In this document: positions 31,985-43,404 of the stretch, one piece after another | How positions within the stretch are numbered: position 1 is the first letter of the stretch | How the letters are laid out: the number at the start of each line of letters is the position of its first letter | Source of the DNA: an uncultured Gemmatimonadales bacterium | GTDB taxonomy: Bacteria > Gemmatimonadota > Gemmatimonadetes > Gemmatimonadales > Gemmatimonadaceae | Assembly: GCA_963850905.1 (NCBI GenBank) | Contig: CAWKMU010000003.1 | Span: forward strand, 3,072,001 to 3,136,000 | DNA length: 64,000 bases | Direction: 5' to 3' | Translations under genes and position numbers: made by a program | The notes under the pieces: model-generated | Database searches by the model: none | What the model saw: the letters and a program-made list of their open reading frames with translations, nothing else | Told to the model about the DNA's origin: nothing

Positions 31985-34275
31985 CGGCCGCCGCCGGAAA
32001 GTCGAATGCGCTCATCCAGTCGCTCAATCCGGCGCAGCGCGAGGCGGTCGAGCACGACGAAGGACCGCTCCTGGTGCTCGCAGGTGCCGGCTCCGGCAAG
32101 ACCCGAGTTCTGACCCTCCGGATCGCGCGACTCGTACAGACCCGCGGCGTCGATCCGGCACACATTCTCGCCGTCACCTTCACGAACAAGGCAGCCGGCG
32201 AGATGCGCGATCGGCTGGAGCGCGTCTTGGGCGGTGCGCCAACGGGCATGTGGGTTGGAACCTTTCATGCAGTCGGCGCGCGACTCCTGAGGGCCAACGC
32301 ATCGCTCGTCGGTCGTACGTCGAGCTTCACGATCTACGATGAAGACGACACCCTGGCCGTCGTGAAGCGCGTCATGGAGGCGCGGGGCATCACGCCGCGT
32401 GAGTGGACCCCCAAGGCCCTCCAGTCGGCGATCTCGGACGCGATGAACGCGATGGTGTCGCCGGCGGAATACGCGGCCCTCGCGAACGACGCGCTGACCC
32501 GCGCGGCGTCCGGCGTCTACACCGATCTCGACGCCGCAGTCCGATCGAACAATGCGGTGACGTTCGATGACCTGCTCGTGCTGCCGGTCCGCATGCTCAC
32601 CGACAACGCCGACCGCCGCGCGGCCTACCAGGACAAGTTCCGGTACATCCTCGTCGACGAGTATCAGGATACAAACCGGGCCCAGTATGCCTTCGTGAAG
32701 CTGCTCGCCGCCCACGGCAACGTGACGGTCGTCGGGGACGACGACCAGGTGGTCTACCAGTGGCGCGGCGCGGATATCCGCAACATGCTCGACTTCAACC
32801 ACGATTACCCCCAAGCCAGGATCGTTCGGCTCGAGGAGAACTATCGCTCGACCGGCCGCATCCTCGAGCTCGCCAACACGGTGATCGCCGCGAATACGCA
32901 GCGGCTGGGCAAGACGCTGCGCACCACGAAGGAGCGCGGAGAGGCGGTTACCGCGATCAGAGCGCTGGACGAGCGTGACGAGGCGGCGGCGATCGCCGAG
33001 GAAATCCTGGCACGACGCCGGCGAGAGCCGGATCTGGCGCTCCGCGACATTGCCATCCTGTACCGCACGAACTCGCAGAGCCGTGCGTTCGAGGAAGCGA
33101 TGCGTCGCCAGGGAATCCCGTACCGCCTGGTTGGCGCGATCCGCTTTTACGACCGGCGCGAGATTCGGGACCTCATGAGCTACCTCAAGCTCATCGCGAA
33201 CCCTGCGGACAATGAAGCGTTCCGACGCGCGATCGCTGTGCCCCGCCGCGGCCTCGGCGAAACGGGCATGGCCCAGCTGGCCGCCGCGGCGAGTCGTGAG
33301 GGGATCTCGCTCCTGGAGGCCCTTGCTCGGCCCACGATCGTCGAGGGACTCCGGCAAAGCGTTCGCGGTGCCGTCGCTGAGTTTGCCGGCCTCGTCATGC
33401 GCCTCCGATCGCTTGCCGCCGAGGCGAGCGTCGACGAGCTGCTGCGAGCGCTGGTCGAAGGCATTCGCTACGGCGATTATCTGCGCGCGGAAGGACCTGA
33501 TGGGGCCGACCGGCTCGACAATATCCGCGAGCTGATCACCAGCGCCGCCGAGACCGTCGCGGAGGATGGTGGCGAGGTGGGACTCACGCCCCTGGAGCAC
33601 TTCCTGCAGCGTACCACCCTCGTCGCCGGAGTCGACCAGCTGGACCCGGCGGCCGACGCCATCGTGATGATGACGGTGCACAACGCCAAAGGCCTCGAGT
33701 TTCCGATGGTCTTCATCGCCGGGCTCGAGGACGGTTTGTTTCCGCTGGCGCGGGCGTACGACGAGCCCGCAATGCTGGAAGAGGAGCGCCGGCTGTTCTA
33801 CGTCGGCATCACGCGAGCAGAACGAAAGCTCTACCTATCGTTCGCCGAGGAGCGGCGCCGAAACGGTGAGCTGATGCCGGGCAAGGAGTCGAGCTTTCTC
33901 GCGGCGGTCCCGAGCGGCATGCTCGAGCGGTGTGACACGATGCGCGTGCGGAGCTCGGGTCGTGTCGCCATGTCGGATGCCGGTCGCTGGAGCGGCGGGG
34001 GAGGGGGGCGGCGTGCCGCAGCCCGGCGGCCGGGCACACCAGTCGCGCTCGGCGCGCACTGGGCGGCCGACATCGAGCCGGCCGACGTATCGCAGGATGC
34101 CCCGGCGTACGTGATCGGGGAGCGCGTGCGCCATCGCACATTTGGCAGCGGCACGATCGCCGAGGTCTCCGGGGGCGGCCGCGACGCGAAAGTCAAAATA
34201 GATTTCGAGGACACGGCGATCGGCCGAAAAACGCTGGTGATCGCTCAGGCGGGGCTCCAGCGCGCACTCGAATGA
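31975..34275 (+). CDS. pcrA: ATP-dependent DNA helicase PcrA/UvrD
   Basis: LAGAGSGKT, TFTNKAA, VDEYQD, ENYRS, TVHNAKGLEF, EEERRLFYVGITRA. Confidence 0.95.
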   Translation: MVLTAAAGKSNALIQSLNPAQREAVEHDEGPLLVLAGAGSGKTRVLTLRIARLVQTRGVDPAHILAVTFTNKAAGEMRDRLERVLGGAPTGMWVGTFHAVGARLLRANASLVGRTSSFTIYDEDDTLAVVKRVMEARGITPREWTPKALQSAISDAMNAMVSPAEYAALANDALTRAASGVYTDLDAAVRSNNAVTFDDLLVLPVRMLTDNADRRAAYQDKFRYILVDEYQDTNRAQYAFVKLLAAHGNVTVVGDDDQVVYQWRGADIRNMLDFNHDYPQARIVRLEENYRSTGRILELANTVIAANTQRLGKTLRTTKERGEAVTAIRALDERDEAAAIAEEILARRRREPDLALRDIAILYRTNSQSRAFEEAMRRQGIPYRLVGAIRFYDRREIRDLMSYLKLIANPADNEAFRRAIAVPRRGLGETGMAQLAAAASREGISLLEALARPTIVEGLRQSVRGAVAEFAGLVMRLRSLAAEASVDELLRALVEGIRYGDYLRAEGPDGADRLDNIRELITSAAETVAEDGGEVGLTPLEHFLQRTTLVAGVDQLDPAADAIVMMTVHNAKGLEFPMVFIAGLEDGLFPLARAYDEPAMLEEERRLFYVGITRAERKLYLSFAEERRRNGELMPGKESSFLAAVPSGMLERCDTMRVRSSGRVAMSDAGRWSGGGGGRRAAARRPGTPVALGAHWAADIEPADVSQDAPAYVIGERVRHRTFGSGTIAEVSGGGRDAKVKIDFEDTAIGRKTLVIAQAGLQRALE

Positions 34276-34344
34276 ATTGTCGACGCCGATAGCGCACCTG
34301 TAGCAGCAGGCGCGCGCCGGCCTTTCTCGCGCGAGGAGAGCTCA

Positions 34345-34698
34345 ATGAGCGTGGAGCTGGACGAAGTTCGCCATATCGCGTCCCTCGCGCGCCTGGGGAT
34401 CCCCGCCGAACGCCTGGGCGTGCTGGCCCAAGAGCTGTCCGGCATCCTGGCGCACATGGCGGTGTTGCAGCGAGTGGACACGAGCGGCGCCGAGGACCTC
34501 ACGTCGATTGAGACACCGTGGCGCGAAGACCACGGTCCGTCCACGCGTTTGCTGCGGCCCATCGAAGCGTTCGCTCCGGAGGTGCGCGACGGATTCTTCA
34601 TCGTTCCGCGATTGGCAACACACGGCGGTCGATCGCCAGCCGGCGGTGGTGGCTCGAGCGACGAAGCCGAATCCGTAGAGCCCGAGGATCTGTCATGA
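34345..34698 (+). CDS. gatC: Asp/Glu-tRNA amidotransferase subunit C
   Basis: [19 protein letters not shown]; precedes gatA. Confidence 0.88.
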   Translation: MSVELDEVRHIASLARLGIPAERLGVLAQELSGILAHMAVLQRVDTSGAEDLTSIETPWREDHGPSTRLLRPIEAFAPEVRDGFFIVPRLATHGGRSPAGGGGSSDEAESVEPEDLS

Positions 34699-36110
34699 GC
34701 GTCGAGCGGGTGCGCGCAGCGCTGGCACGCGCTGCAGAAGTGCACGCGGGCCGTGACGGCCTCAATCTGATCGTGACGCAAAACCCCAACGCGGAACGGG
34801 ACGCGGCGGCAGCGGAGGCAGATCTGGCCAATCCGATCCGCCACCCTCTCCGGGGCGTGCCGGTCGCCATCAAGGACAATATCGCCACGGGCGATCTGCC
34901 CACGACGTGCGCGTCGCGCATTCTGAAGGGGTATGTCAGCCCATATGAAGCGACCGTCGTGCGACGACTGCGCGATGCGGGTGCCGTCGTGCTCTGCACG
35001 ACCAACATGGACGAATTCGCCATGGGGTCGTCGACTGAGCACAGTGCCTACGGCCCGACGCGCAACCCGGTCGACCCATCGAGAGTGCCGGGTGGATCGT
35101 CTGGCGGCTCGGCGGCCGCCGTCGCGGCGGGAATCGTATCCATTGCCCTGGGGTCCGAGACCGGCGGATCGGTGCGCCAACCCGCGAGCTTCTGTGGCGT
35201 CGTGGGCGTCAAGCCGACGTACGGTCGCGTGAGTCGGTATGGGCTCGTCGCCTTCGCGTCCTCATTGGACCAGGTCGGCGTCTTCGGTCGCACGGTGGCC
35301 GACGCCGCGCTCGGACTGCGGGTCATCGCGGGCCGCGATCCGTACGATGCGACATCGGCGCCGCTCGCGGTCCCCGACTATAGTGCCGCTGCGGCTCGCG
35401 GCTCGGACGGCGCGAGCCCGCTCGCGGGGCGCGTGATCGGCCGGCCGCGCGAGTACTTCCCCCCGGGACTGGACGGCGAGATTCGCGAGCGCTGCGACGC
35501 TGCGCTGGCCGAGCTCACGAAGCTTGGCGCGACAATCCGGGACGTGTCGTTGCCGCATACGGACTATGCGATTCCGGTGTACTACATCGTCGCGCCCGCC
35601 GAAGCGTCGTCCAACCTCGCCCGCTTCGATGGCGTTCGCTACGGCCTCCGCGTCGAGGCGGACGCGCTGGCTGCGATGTACGAGGGCACGCGATCCGCCG
35701 GCTTCGGTCCCGAAGTGACACGACGCATTTTGCTCGGCACGTACGTGCTGTCGTCGGGCTACTACGACGCGTACTACCGGCGCGCGCAGGAAGTGCGCGC
35801 ACTCGTCACGCGGGATTTCCGCCAGGTCTTCGCGTCGGGGGTCGACCTGCTCTTCACGCCGACGACACCAGCGCCGGCCTTCCCGATTGGGGCGATATCG
35901 GACCCGTACGAGATGTATCTGAACGACATCTTCACCGCGACCGCCAACCTCGCAGGGGTACCGGCAATATCAGTTCCGATCGGGCTGGCGCACGGGCTCC
36001 CGGTGGGCGGTCAGCTCATCGCCCCGCACTTCGGTGAGGAGATGATGTTCGTGGGGGCCGCGGCACTCGAACGAAGCTGCGCCGTCGTGCGGGCCGCGGT
36101 GGCGGCATGA
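34695..36110 (+). CDS. gatA: Asp/Glu-tRNA amidotransferase subunit A
   Basis: [48 protein letters not shown]. Confidence 0.95.
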   Translation: MSVERVRAALARAAEVHAGRDGLNLIVTQNPNAERDAAAAEADLANPIRHPLRGVPVAIKDNIATGDLPTTCASRILKGYVSPYEATVVRRLRDAGAVVLCTTNMDEFAMGSSTEHSAYGPTRNPVDPSRVPGGSSGGSAAAVAAGIVSIALGSETGGSVRQPASFCGVVGVKPTYGRVSRYGLVAFASSLDQVGVFGRTVADAALGLRVIAGRDPYDATSAPLAVPDYSAAAARGSDGASPLAGRVIGRPREYFPPGLDGEIRERCDAALAELTKLGATIRDVSLPHTDYAIPVYYIVAPAEASSNLARFDGVRYGLRVEADALAAMYEGTRSAGFGPEVTRRILLGTYVLSSGYYDAYYRRAQEVRALVTRDFRQVFASGVDLLFTPTTPAPAFPIGAISDPYEMYLNDIFTATANLAGVPAISVPIGLAHGLPVGGQLIAPHFGEEMMFVGAAALERSCAVVRAAVAA

Positions 36111-37552
36111 GCGCAGCGACCGCGGGTCTCACCGTCAGCTACGAGATGGTCGTGGGCCTCGAGGTTCACGTCCAGCTCAAGACGACCACCAAGGCGTTCT
36201 GCTCGTGCTCGGCCGCTTATGGGGCACCGCCGAATACCAACGTTTGCCCGGTGTGCCTGGCGCTCCCTGGGGCGCTGCCGGTGCTCAACGCGCGCGTCGT
36301 CGATCTCGCGGTGCGCGCCGCAATCGCGCTGGGCTGCACAGTGCATCATGAATCGATTTTTGCCCGCAAGCATTACTTCTATCCGGATTTGCCCAAGGGA
36401 TACCAGATCTCCCAGTACGATCGTCCGCTCGCGACGGCGGGTACGCTGTCAATCGGTGATCGCGCTGTGCGCATCACGCGTGTGCATGTCGAAGAGGATG
36501 CGGGCAAGTCGATCCACGACCGGTATCCCGATGCCACGGCGATCGACTTGAATCGGGCCGGCGTCCCGCTGATCGAGATCGTGAGCGAGCCGGATATGCG
36601 GTCCGCAGCCGAGGCAGGGCGCTACCTCCGCACGCTCAAGCAGACGATGGAATACATCGGCGTGAGCGATGTGAACATGGAAGAGGGCAGCTTGCGCGTC
36701 GACGCCAACGTCAGTGCGCGACCGGTCGGAACGACCACCCTTGGCACGAAGACCGAAGTGAAAAATCTCAACTCCTTCGGCTACGTCGAGCGCGCGCTTG
36801 CGGCTGAATTCCAGCGGCAATGCGGGCTGCTCGAGCGGGGCGAGCGGGTCGAGCAGCAAACGATGCTGTGGGATGCCGCGCGCGCGGTCGTGCGACCCGC
36901 GCGCTCCAAGGAAGAGAGCCATGACTACCGCTACTTTCCCGAGCCCGACCTCCCGCCGCTCGTGATCACGAGCGACCGAATCGCCGCGGCCCGTGAGGCG
37001 CTCCCAGAGCTTCCCGGCGCACGCCGCGCTCGCTACGCGGAGAAGTTCAGCCTGTCGGTCGGCGAGATCGATCCGCTGGTCGATCAGCCTCGCCTGGGCG
37101 AATACTTCGAGGCCGTGGCCTCCGCCCACGGTGACGCGAAGGCCAGCGCAAACTGGGTCCTGAGCGAAGTGCTCGCGTATCTCAACGCGCACAACCTGGA
37201 CATCGCGCACTTCCCCATGTCCCCAACGACCCTGAGCGGGCTGCTGGCCCTCGTCCGCTCGGGCACAGTGAGTCACACCGCCGCCAAGACGGTGTTTGCG
37301 GAGATGGCGCGGAGTGGCGAAGACGCGGGGCGCGTCGCGCAGCGGTTGGCGGTCACCCAGGTGGGTGATGAGAGCGCACTCGAACGGTGGATCGATGAAG
37401 TGTTGGCCGAGAATCCAGCGGAGGCGCAGCGCTATCTGGCGGGCGAGCGGAAGCTGCAAGGACCGCTCGTGGGACAGGTGATGAAGAAGTCCCAGGGACG
37501 CGCCGACCCGAAGCGCGTCAATCAGCTGTTGGCTAAGCGCCTCGGTGGATAA
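36107..37552 (+). CDS. gatB: Asp/Glu-tRNA amidotransferase subunit B
   Basis: [39 protein letters not shown]. Confidence 0.96.
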   Translation: MSAATAGLTVSYEMVVGLEVHVQLKTTTKAFCSCSAAYGAPPNTNVCPVCLALPGALPVLNARVVDLAVRAAIALGCTVHHESIFARKHYFYPDLPKGYQISQYDRPLATAGTLSIGDRAVRITRVHVEEDAGKSIHDRYPDATAIDLNRAGVPLIEIVSEPDMRSAAEAGRYLRTLKQTMEYIGVSDVNMEEGSLRVDANVSARPVGTTTLGTKTEVKNLNSFGYVERALAAEFQRQCGLLERGERVEQQTMLWDAARAVVRPARSKEESHDYRYFPEPDLPPLVITSDRIAAAREALPELPGARRARYAEKFSLSVGEIDPLVDQPRLGEYFEAVASAHGDAKASANWVLSEVLAYLNAHNLDIAHFPMSPTTLSGLLALVRSGTVSHTAAKTVFAEMARSGEDAGRVAQRLAVTQVGDESALERWIDEVLAENPAEAQRYLAGERKLQGPLVGQVMKKSQGRADPKRVNQLLAKRLGG

Positions 37553-38421
37553 AGCGGCGCCGCCAGCGCCGCAGCGTACGGCAGCGTCGACGCCGGAAGC
37601 CCGAAATGACGGACGGCTTCATGCTCGACGTGCGTGCGACCGCGGCGTAGCGCGGCTCGACGGACGCGCTTGGCGCGTCGCAAGGGTTCATCACCGGACG
37701 GATCGAGCGAAAACGGCTCGGAGCGGTCGAAGCGCTTCAACAGATCGATAATGAAGTCGTACGAGCGCGCCATGTAGGACCCGACGTCCTCGTCAGGCAG
37801 ATCCCAGCGGCTATTCTCGGCGACGATCTGGAAGATGCGCTGCCACGACTCCGTATCGGTGACGTAGACCATCCCGCGGAAAATCCGCCGATTGGTCTGG
37901 GTGCTGAAGATGGTCGGACTCAAAATGCGATCGAGATGGGCGTCGGCACTCAGGTGGTCGCCCGCCAGCAGGTCGTGCGCGCGCCGGCTGTAACCTTCGC
38001 CCAGGTGGGTCTCGAACCGACTCTCCCAGTAGCTGTGTCCGAGCGCGGTGGTGCTGGATGTCAGTGCCAGCTGGCGCGGCACGAAGTAGTTGTGCGCGAC
38101 CGCGTCGGCTGCCAGGTGGGCGAGGTACCCGAAGGCAAACGCCCGGAGCGGCGTGTCCTCCGCACGCTCGAAGATCTCGAGGCCGACACGCCATGAGTGA
38201 CAGTGCCGGCCGACCGGGGCATACTTCTTCGCAATGCTGGTGTCCGCCGCAATGGAGCCGTACAGGAACTCGTACGGGAATGCCCGCAGCAGATCCGACA
38301 CGCCAGTCGGGAGCACATCCAGTGAGCGCATGACCGCCTCGCCCAGAAAGACGTGAGTGCCTGGCGTCCAGGCGTACGCAGCGTTGGGGGTCAGTGCGAG
38401 TGCGATCACGACCCCGGCCAC
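37522..38421 (-). CDS. Zinc-dependent phospholipase C-like family protein
   Basis: AW.PGTH, GSIAAD, HLAADAVAHNYFVP, HSYWE; overlaps the gatB 3' end convergently. Confidence 0.75.
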   Translation of the reverse strand: MAGVVIALALTPNAAYAWTPGTHVFLGEAVMRSLDVLPTGVSDLLRAFPYEFLYGSIAADTSIAKKYAPVGRHCHSWRVGLEIFERAEDTPLRAFAFGYLAHLAADAVAHNYFVPRQLALTSSTTALGHSYWESRFETHLGEGYSRRAHDLLAGDHLSADAHLDRILSPTIFSTQTNRRIFRGMVYVTDTESWQRIFQIVAENSRWDLPDEDVGSYMARSYDFIIDLLKRFDRSEPFSLDPSGDEPLRRAKRVRRAALRRGRTHVEHEAVRHFGLPASTLPYAAALAAPLYPPRRLANS

Positions 38422-38477
38422 GATGACACCCAGACCTGCCGCTCGGCTCCAAAACGCCGCGGCGCGACGCTCAGGCG

Positions 38478-39110
38478 TCAGAGTCGGCTCCGCCGGGAGC
38501 GGGTTCGAGGCCCCGACGCTTTGTCGGCGGCTGGTCGCTGGACCTCCCTCGCATGACCCAAGCCCTCCGTCTCGTACGACTCCTGCAACTCGTCCGGCGG
38601 CGCGAGATCTGAGGCGGCCGTGGCCTCGGACGGCGAATCGGGCTCCGTCGGCCCCTGTGCGTCGACCCGGTCAGCCAGGCCGAGGATGCCGCGCAGCACT
38701 GATGCCCCAGCACGCAGCCCCCGTGCCGCGGCGACTACGTCGACCAGCGCTTCCTCGACTTCGGTTTGCGCCGCGCCGACCACGGCATCGAGGCGTCGCA
38801 ACCGCTGGTCGGCCCCCCGGATGGCGGCACGCGCCCGGTCGTTCGCGTCGCCCACGGTTTCATGAATGGCCTGTACATCAGAGTGGATCGTGGCGGTGGC
38901 GCCCTCGAGGTTTCGGGCCACCCGCCCCAGCGTCGCGAGCAGCGGCACGAGATCGCGTTGGACGACCGCTAGCTGCCCCCGCGCACGGCCCAACGCCCGC
39001 CACGCGAGGAAACCGCCGACGGCCACCCCGATCAGGAAAAGGCACGCGACGATGGACAGCACGCCGTTCGCGACCGCGACGACGTTCTGAAAGGCCGACG
39101 GTTCGGTCAT
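38478..39110 (-). CDS. Single-TM coiled-coil protein (DUF948-like)
   Basis: N-terminal TM followed by long amphipathic helix. Confidence 0.7.
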   Translation of the reverse strand: MTEPSAFQNVVAVANGVLSIVACLFLIGVAVGGFLAWRALGRARGQLAVVQRDLVPLLATLGRVARNLEGATATIHSDVQAIHETVGDANDRARAAIRGADQRLRRLDAVVGAAQTEVEEALVDVVAAARGLRAGASVLRGILGLADRVDAQGPTEPDSPSEATAASDLAPPDELQESYETEGLGHAREVQRPAADKASGPRTRSRRSRL

Positions 39111-39279
39111 GTGTTGTATCTAGCGCGGCACACTAACACCCACCAGGGTCAGCAGCACGACGCTGGCCCGGTCGTCAGTGAAACAGGAAACGTGATCGAC
39201 ACTCCTTCCACTCGTCCTCTTGCTGTCGTTCCTTTCGACGTCGCTTGTCTGCTCAACCCTGCCACCGGCTGCATCTGTC

Positions 39280-40575
39280 ATGTCTCCCACGCGATTTCTG
39301 GTCGAGGGCGGCCACCGTCTCAATGGGACGATCCGGCCGTCTGGTAACAAAAACGCGGCATTGCCCATCATCGCGGCGACGCTGCTGACAGACCAGCCGG
39401 TCGAGCTCGATAATATCCCGCGCATCGCAGATACCGAGACGCTCGTCGATCTGGTTCGGTCCCTCGGCACCGACATTGAGTGGACCGCGCGCAACTCGCT
39501 GCGCGTGCACGCCGCCAAGGTCCACTGTGCGGCGCTCGACCCACAACTCTGCGCCAGTATCCGCGCATCGATCCTGCTGGCCGGCCCCCTGCTGTTCCGG
39601 TGCGGCGAGGTGTTCCTCCCACCGCCCGGCGGCGACGTCATCGGACGCCGCCGCGTGGATACGCATTTCCTGGCGCTCGAGCAACTCGGGGCGACAACCA
39701 CAGTCGACGGCGGCTTTCACCTCCGCGCCAAGCGCCTGCGCGGCGCCGACGTGTTTCTGGACGAGCCCAGCGTGACTGCCACCGAAAACGCCTTGATGGC
39801 CGCTGCTGTCGCGGAAGGCACCACTGTCTTGCGCAACGCGGCAAGCGAGCCGCACGTGCAGGATCTCGCCCGGTTTCTTGTCACACTCGGGTCGGACATC
39901 GAAGGAATCGGCACGAACACCATGACCGTGCACGGCAAGCAGCTCTTGTCGGGCGGGCGTCATCGTGTCGGCCCGGATCACATCGAGGTCGGTTCATTCA
40001 TCGGCATGGCGGCGGTTACGTGCTCGCCGCTGCGCATCGCGGATGCGGGGGTCGAGCACCTTCGCGCCGTTCGGATGGGCTTCGAGCGACTCGGCGTGAT
40101 CTGCGAAGTCGACGGCGCGGACCTGCTCGTCGGAGGCGATCAACCGCGGGAGATCCTTTCGGACCTGGGCGGCCACGTGCCGAAGCTCGAAGACCAGCCG
40201 TGGCCCGCGTTCCCGGCAGATTTGATGTCGATCGCGATTGTCACGGCGACGCAGTGCAAGGGATTGATTCTCATGCACGAGAAGATGTTTGAGTCACGCA
40301 TGTTCTTCGTGGACAAGTTGATCGGCATGGGCGCACGCATCGTGCTCTGCGACCCGCACCGTGCGCTCGTCGCCGGTCCGTCGGAGCTCCGCGCGGCGAC
40401 GGTCGAATCTCCAGATATCCGCGCGGGCATGGCCATCCTGCTCGCCGCGCTGTGCGCTCGGGGAACGAGCACCATCAACAACGTGCGCCAGATCGACCGG
40501 GGCTACGAGCGCATCGACGAGCGACTCAATGCCCTCGGCGCGCGCATCCGTCGCGTGGATGATGCGCGGGGATGA
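39280..40575 (+). CDS. murA: UDP-N-acetylglucosamine 1-carboxyvinyltransferase
   Basis: SGNKNAALP, RASILLAGPL, PGGDVIGRR, SVTATEN, DIRAG, IDRGYE. Confidence 0.95.
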   Translation: MSPTRFLVEGGHRLNGTIRPSGNKNAALPIIAATLLTDQPVELDNIPRIADTETLVDLVRSLGTDIEWTARNSLRVHAAKVHCAALDPQLCASIRASILLAGPLLFRCGEVFLPPPGGDVIGRRRVDTHFLALEQLGATTTVDGGFHLRAKRLRGADVFLDEPSVTATENALMAAAVAEGTTVLRNAASEPHVQDLARFLVTLGSDIEGIGTNTMTVHGKQLLSGGRHRVGPDHIEVGSFIGMAAVTCSPLRIADAGVEHLRAVRMGFERLGVICEVDGADLLVGGDQPREILSDLGGHVPKLEDQPWPAFPADLMSIAIVTATQCKGLILMHEKMFESRMFFVDKLIGMGARIVLCDPHRALVAGPSELRAATVESPDIRAGMAILLAALCARGTSTINNVRQIDRGYERIDERLNALGARIRRVDDARG

Positions 40576-41362
40576 GCCAGTCGGAGTGACATCCGCTGTG
40601 GGTGCCGCGGCCGAAGTGCACGCCAGCCCGCGACCGAAATACATCGAGATCGATGATTTTGCGCTGTTCGGGGTGCGCGCAGGCATCAGCACCCGCACGG
40701 CCGGAGACCTCGCGCTCAACGGCGAGGGTCCAGTCGGCGAGGTACTACTTCGCTGGGAGGCCCTGCGCCAGGCTGTCGGCGCCGGTGGGCCAGGGTCCCG
40801 ATTTGCCACAGCGAAGCAGGTGCACGGCACTCGCGTACTGCAACACGGCCGGGGGTGGGCTGGGTGGCTGCGCGCCGACGAAGGGGACGGCCATTTCGCC
40901 GGCGAGCCGGGCATCGGGCTGGGCGTCACGGTCGCGGACTGTGTGCCTGTCTTCCTGGCACATCCCTCCGGCGCGATCGGCCTGGTCCATGCTGGCTGGC
41001 GCGGCACGGCCGCCGGCATCCTCCGCGTCGCACTCGCTGTATTCCACGAGTACCGAATGTCGCCCGCAGACGTGCGCGTGCACCTGGGCCCCGCGATCTG
41101 CGGGCACTGTTATGAGGTGGGAGCGGACGTTTACGCCCAACTCACCGGCTCGCAAACGGGCGCGTCGCGCCCGGTCGACCTGCGCGCCCTCCTCGCCCAG
41201 CAGGCTGAGTCCGCTGGTGTGCGGCATGTCACGACCAGTCCGTTCTGCACTCGGTGCGACAACGCGCTCTTCTTCTCCCACCGCGCGGGGGATGGAGGTC
41301 GCCAAGTGGCGGCGATAGCGTCGCCCTCAGGCGCTAAAGGCCAAACGTCCAGTCCTGCTTGA
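40562..41362 (+). CDS. pgeF: PgeF/YfiH laccase-like family protein; start uncertain
   Basis: QVHG, ADCVPV, HAGWRG, LGPAICGHCYEVG, FFSHR. Confidence 0.88.
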   Translation: MRGDEPVGVTSAVGAAAEVHASPRPKYIEIDDFALFGVRAGISTRTAGDLALNGEGPVGEVLLRWEALRQAVGAGGPGSRFATAKQVHGTRVLQHGRGWAGWLRADEGDGHFAGEPGIGLGVTVADCVPVFLAHPSGAIGLVHAGWRGTAAGILRVALAVFHEYRMSPADVRVHLGPAICGHCYEVGADVYAQLTGSQTGASRPVDLRALLAQQAESAGVRHVTTSPFCTRCDNALFFSHRAGDGGRQVAAIASPSGAKGQTSSPA

Positions 41363-41386
41363 CCTTCGAGCGCAGCGCGCTAAGTT
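41359..41386 (+). promoter_or_regulatory. Sigma70-type promoter for rimP-nusA-infB operon
   Basis: TTGACC-16nt-TAAGTT. Confidence 0.5.
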
Positions 41387-41419
41387 TCCGGCACTGGGGA
41401 CATTAGGCGTTCCCGGCTG

Positions 41420-41448
41420 AATGTGGGGGAGGTTCCCCACATTTTTTT
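41420..41448 (+). terminator. rimP leader terminator/attenuator-like hairpin
   Basis: AATGTGGGG-gaggtt-CCCCACATT then T-run, between promoter and rimP start. Confidence 0.75.
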
Positions 41449-41496
41449 ATTCCGTTTTCGGTCTGCGCAGGCGGCGAAGCGAACTGCCCAGGACAC

Positions 41497-41985
41497 ATGA
41501 ACAAAGACCTGGAAAGCGTTGTCGAACGCGAAGTTGACGCGATAGGTTACGATATCGTGCTCCTCCGGCAGGGCGGCACCAAATCGCGCCCCGTCCTGGA
41601 GTTGCGTATCGACCGACGCGACGGCGAGCCCGTGAGCATCGCCGACTGCGTCCGCGTATCCCGTGCGGTCGAAGCGCGGCTAGATGCAGGATCGGGAGAG
41701 GCAGCGCCCTTCGCCGGCCGTCGCTACGAGTTGCAGGTCTCGTCACCGGGCGACGCACAACGACCACGCGCTGGGCACGCGTCCTCACAACACCTGGACG
41801 AGTTGACCCCGGGATCGGGAGAGACAGCACATGCCTTGCCCTCGTCGGCCGGACCATCGGGCGCCGGGGCGCGCAAGACCGAACGGGAACGATCTGACAT
41901 ATCGACAAGAGAGTCGGAGGGGCCGCACAGCGGACGCGCCGACGTTCACACGGACGATGGGAGTCGCAATGGTCGGTTCGACTGA
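41497..41985 (+). CDS. rimP: Ribosome maturation factor RimP; only N-terminal domain recognisable
   Basis: LRIDR, VSIADCVRVSRAVEARLD, YELQVSSPG; position before nusA. Confidence 0.85.
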   Translation: MNKDLESVVEREVDAIGYDIVLLRQGGTKSRPVLELRIDRRDGEPVSIADCVRVSRAVEARLDAGSGEAAPFAGRRYELQVSSPGDAQRPRAGHASSQHLDELTPGSGETAHALPSSAGPSGAGARKTERERSDISTRESEGPHSGRADVHTDDGSRNGRFD

Positions 41986-43362
41986 GATTCTTGCCGCGAT
42001 CCGCGAGTTGTCGAATTCGAAGCAGCTTGGCCGCAGTGAGTTGCACGGGCTGCTCGAGGACGGCATCAAGGCCGCGTTGGCTAAGAAGCACGGTCCCAAC
42101 GTGCAGGCCGAAGTCGCGATCGACGACGATCGTGGATCGATTGACATCCGCGTGCTGAAGACCGTCGTCGAGAACGTCGAGGATGCGAGCCGCGAAGTGT
42201 CGCTCGAGGAGGCACGCTACGAGGACTCCGAGTTCCAGGTCGGTGATACCATGGAGATCCCGATCGATTTTCAGGAATTCGGCCGCACTGCTGTGCAGGC
42301 AGCGAAGCAGCGAATCATCCAGCGCGTGCGCGAAGGGGAGCGCACCAAGATTCGCGACGAGTTCAGTGGACGCGTCGGCGAATTGCTCTCGGGTGAGATC
42401 CAGCAGATCGAGCGCGGCAAACTGGTTGTGATGCTCAACAAGTTCCGCGAGGCGGAAGCGATCATCCCGTACCGGGAGCAGAACCACCGCGAGCACTTTC
42501 ATCAGGGTGAGCCGATCCGGGCGGTCCTCAAGCGCGTCGAAGAGACCCCCAAGGGGCCACGATTGATCTTGAGCCGTGGCGATCCGCTCTTCGTGCAGGC
42601 GTTGTTCCGCCTCGAGGTGCCGGAGATCCAGCAGGGCATCGTCGAGATTCGCGCCTCGGCACGGGAGGTCGGTAGCCGGACCAAGATCGCCGTCGTCTCG
42701 CGCGACGACTCGATCGATCCGGTCGGAGCCTGCGTCGGCTTCAAGGGCTCGCGCGTGCAGGCCGTGGTGAACGAGTTCGGGGGAGAGCGGATCGACATCG
42801 TGCCGTGGTCGGCGGACCCCGAGCGGTTCGCGAAGCTCGCGCTCGCCCCTGCACGGGTGGCGCGCGTGTTCAGCGACCCGGCGACGAAGACGATCCAGGC
42901 CGTCGTCGACGAGGACCAGCTCTCGCTGGCCATCGGGCGCAATGGCCAGAACGTACGGCTCGCGTCGGAGTTGACGGGATGGAAGATCGACCTCTATTCG
43001 AGTCGCGAGTGGCTGGAGCGCGCGGGCGAAGCGCCGCTTGTTCGCGCCCCTGCCTGAAGAGACGCCGCGACGACGCGGCGGACGTGAAGCTGTCCGAGAT
43101 TCAGGGACTCGAGACGGCGACCGTGGCCGTCCTCGAGGAGGCCGGCTATCGCACGTTGAACGACGTGATCGATCTCGAGCGCGAGGATTTGCTTCGACTG
43201 CCGGGCATCGCGCCGGAGGAGGCCGATCGGATCATGGCCATCATCGACGAGTTGACCGAGGAGGGCTCGAGCGAGGAGGCGAGCGGGGGTGCTACCAGTG
43301 AAGGGGAGTCGACGGCCGGAGACGCCGCCGACCACGCACCCACTGGTGGCGCGGCCACGTGA
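41969..43362 (+). CDS. nusA: Transcription factor NusA, apparent indels ~43040-43065
   Basis: FGRTAVQAAKQ, REVGSRTKIAV, DPVGACVG, QLSLAIGRNGQNVRLA; acidic HhH tail in another frame. Confidence 0.95.
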
Positions 43363-43404
43363 CGCACGAGGGAGGCCGCAAACGTGTTGGGCGCGGATGA
43401 GGGC

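Noticed and set aside
32734..32772. PcrA motif III reads DQVVYQWRGA rather than DQSIYxWRGA
   Set aside because: Key Q, Y, W, R residues are retained; ordinary variation
31624..33681. 685-aa antisense ORF and similar long shadow ORFs
   Set aside because: Expected opposite high-GC genes; no independent motifs
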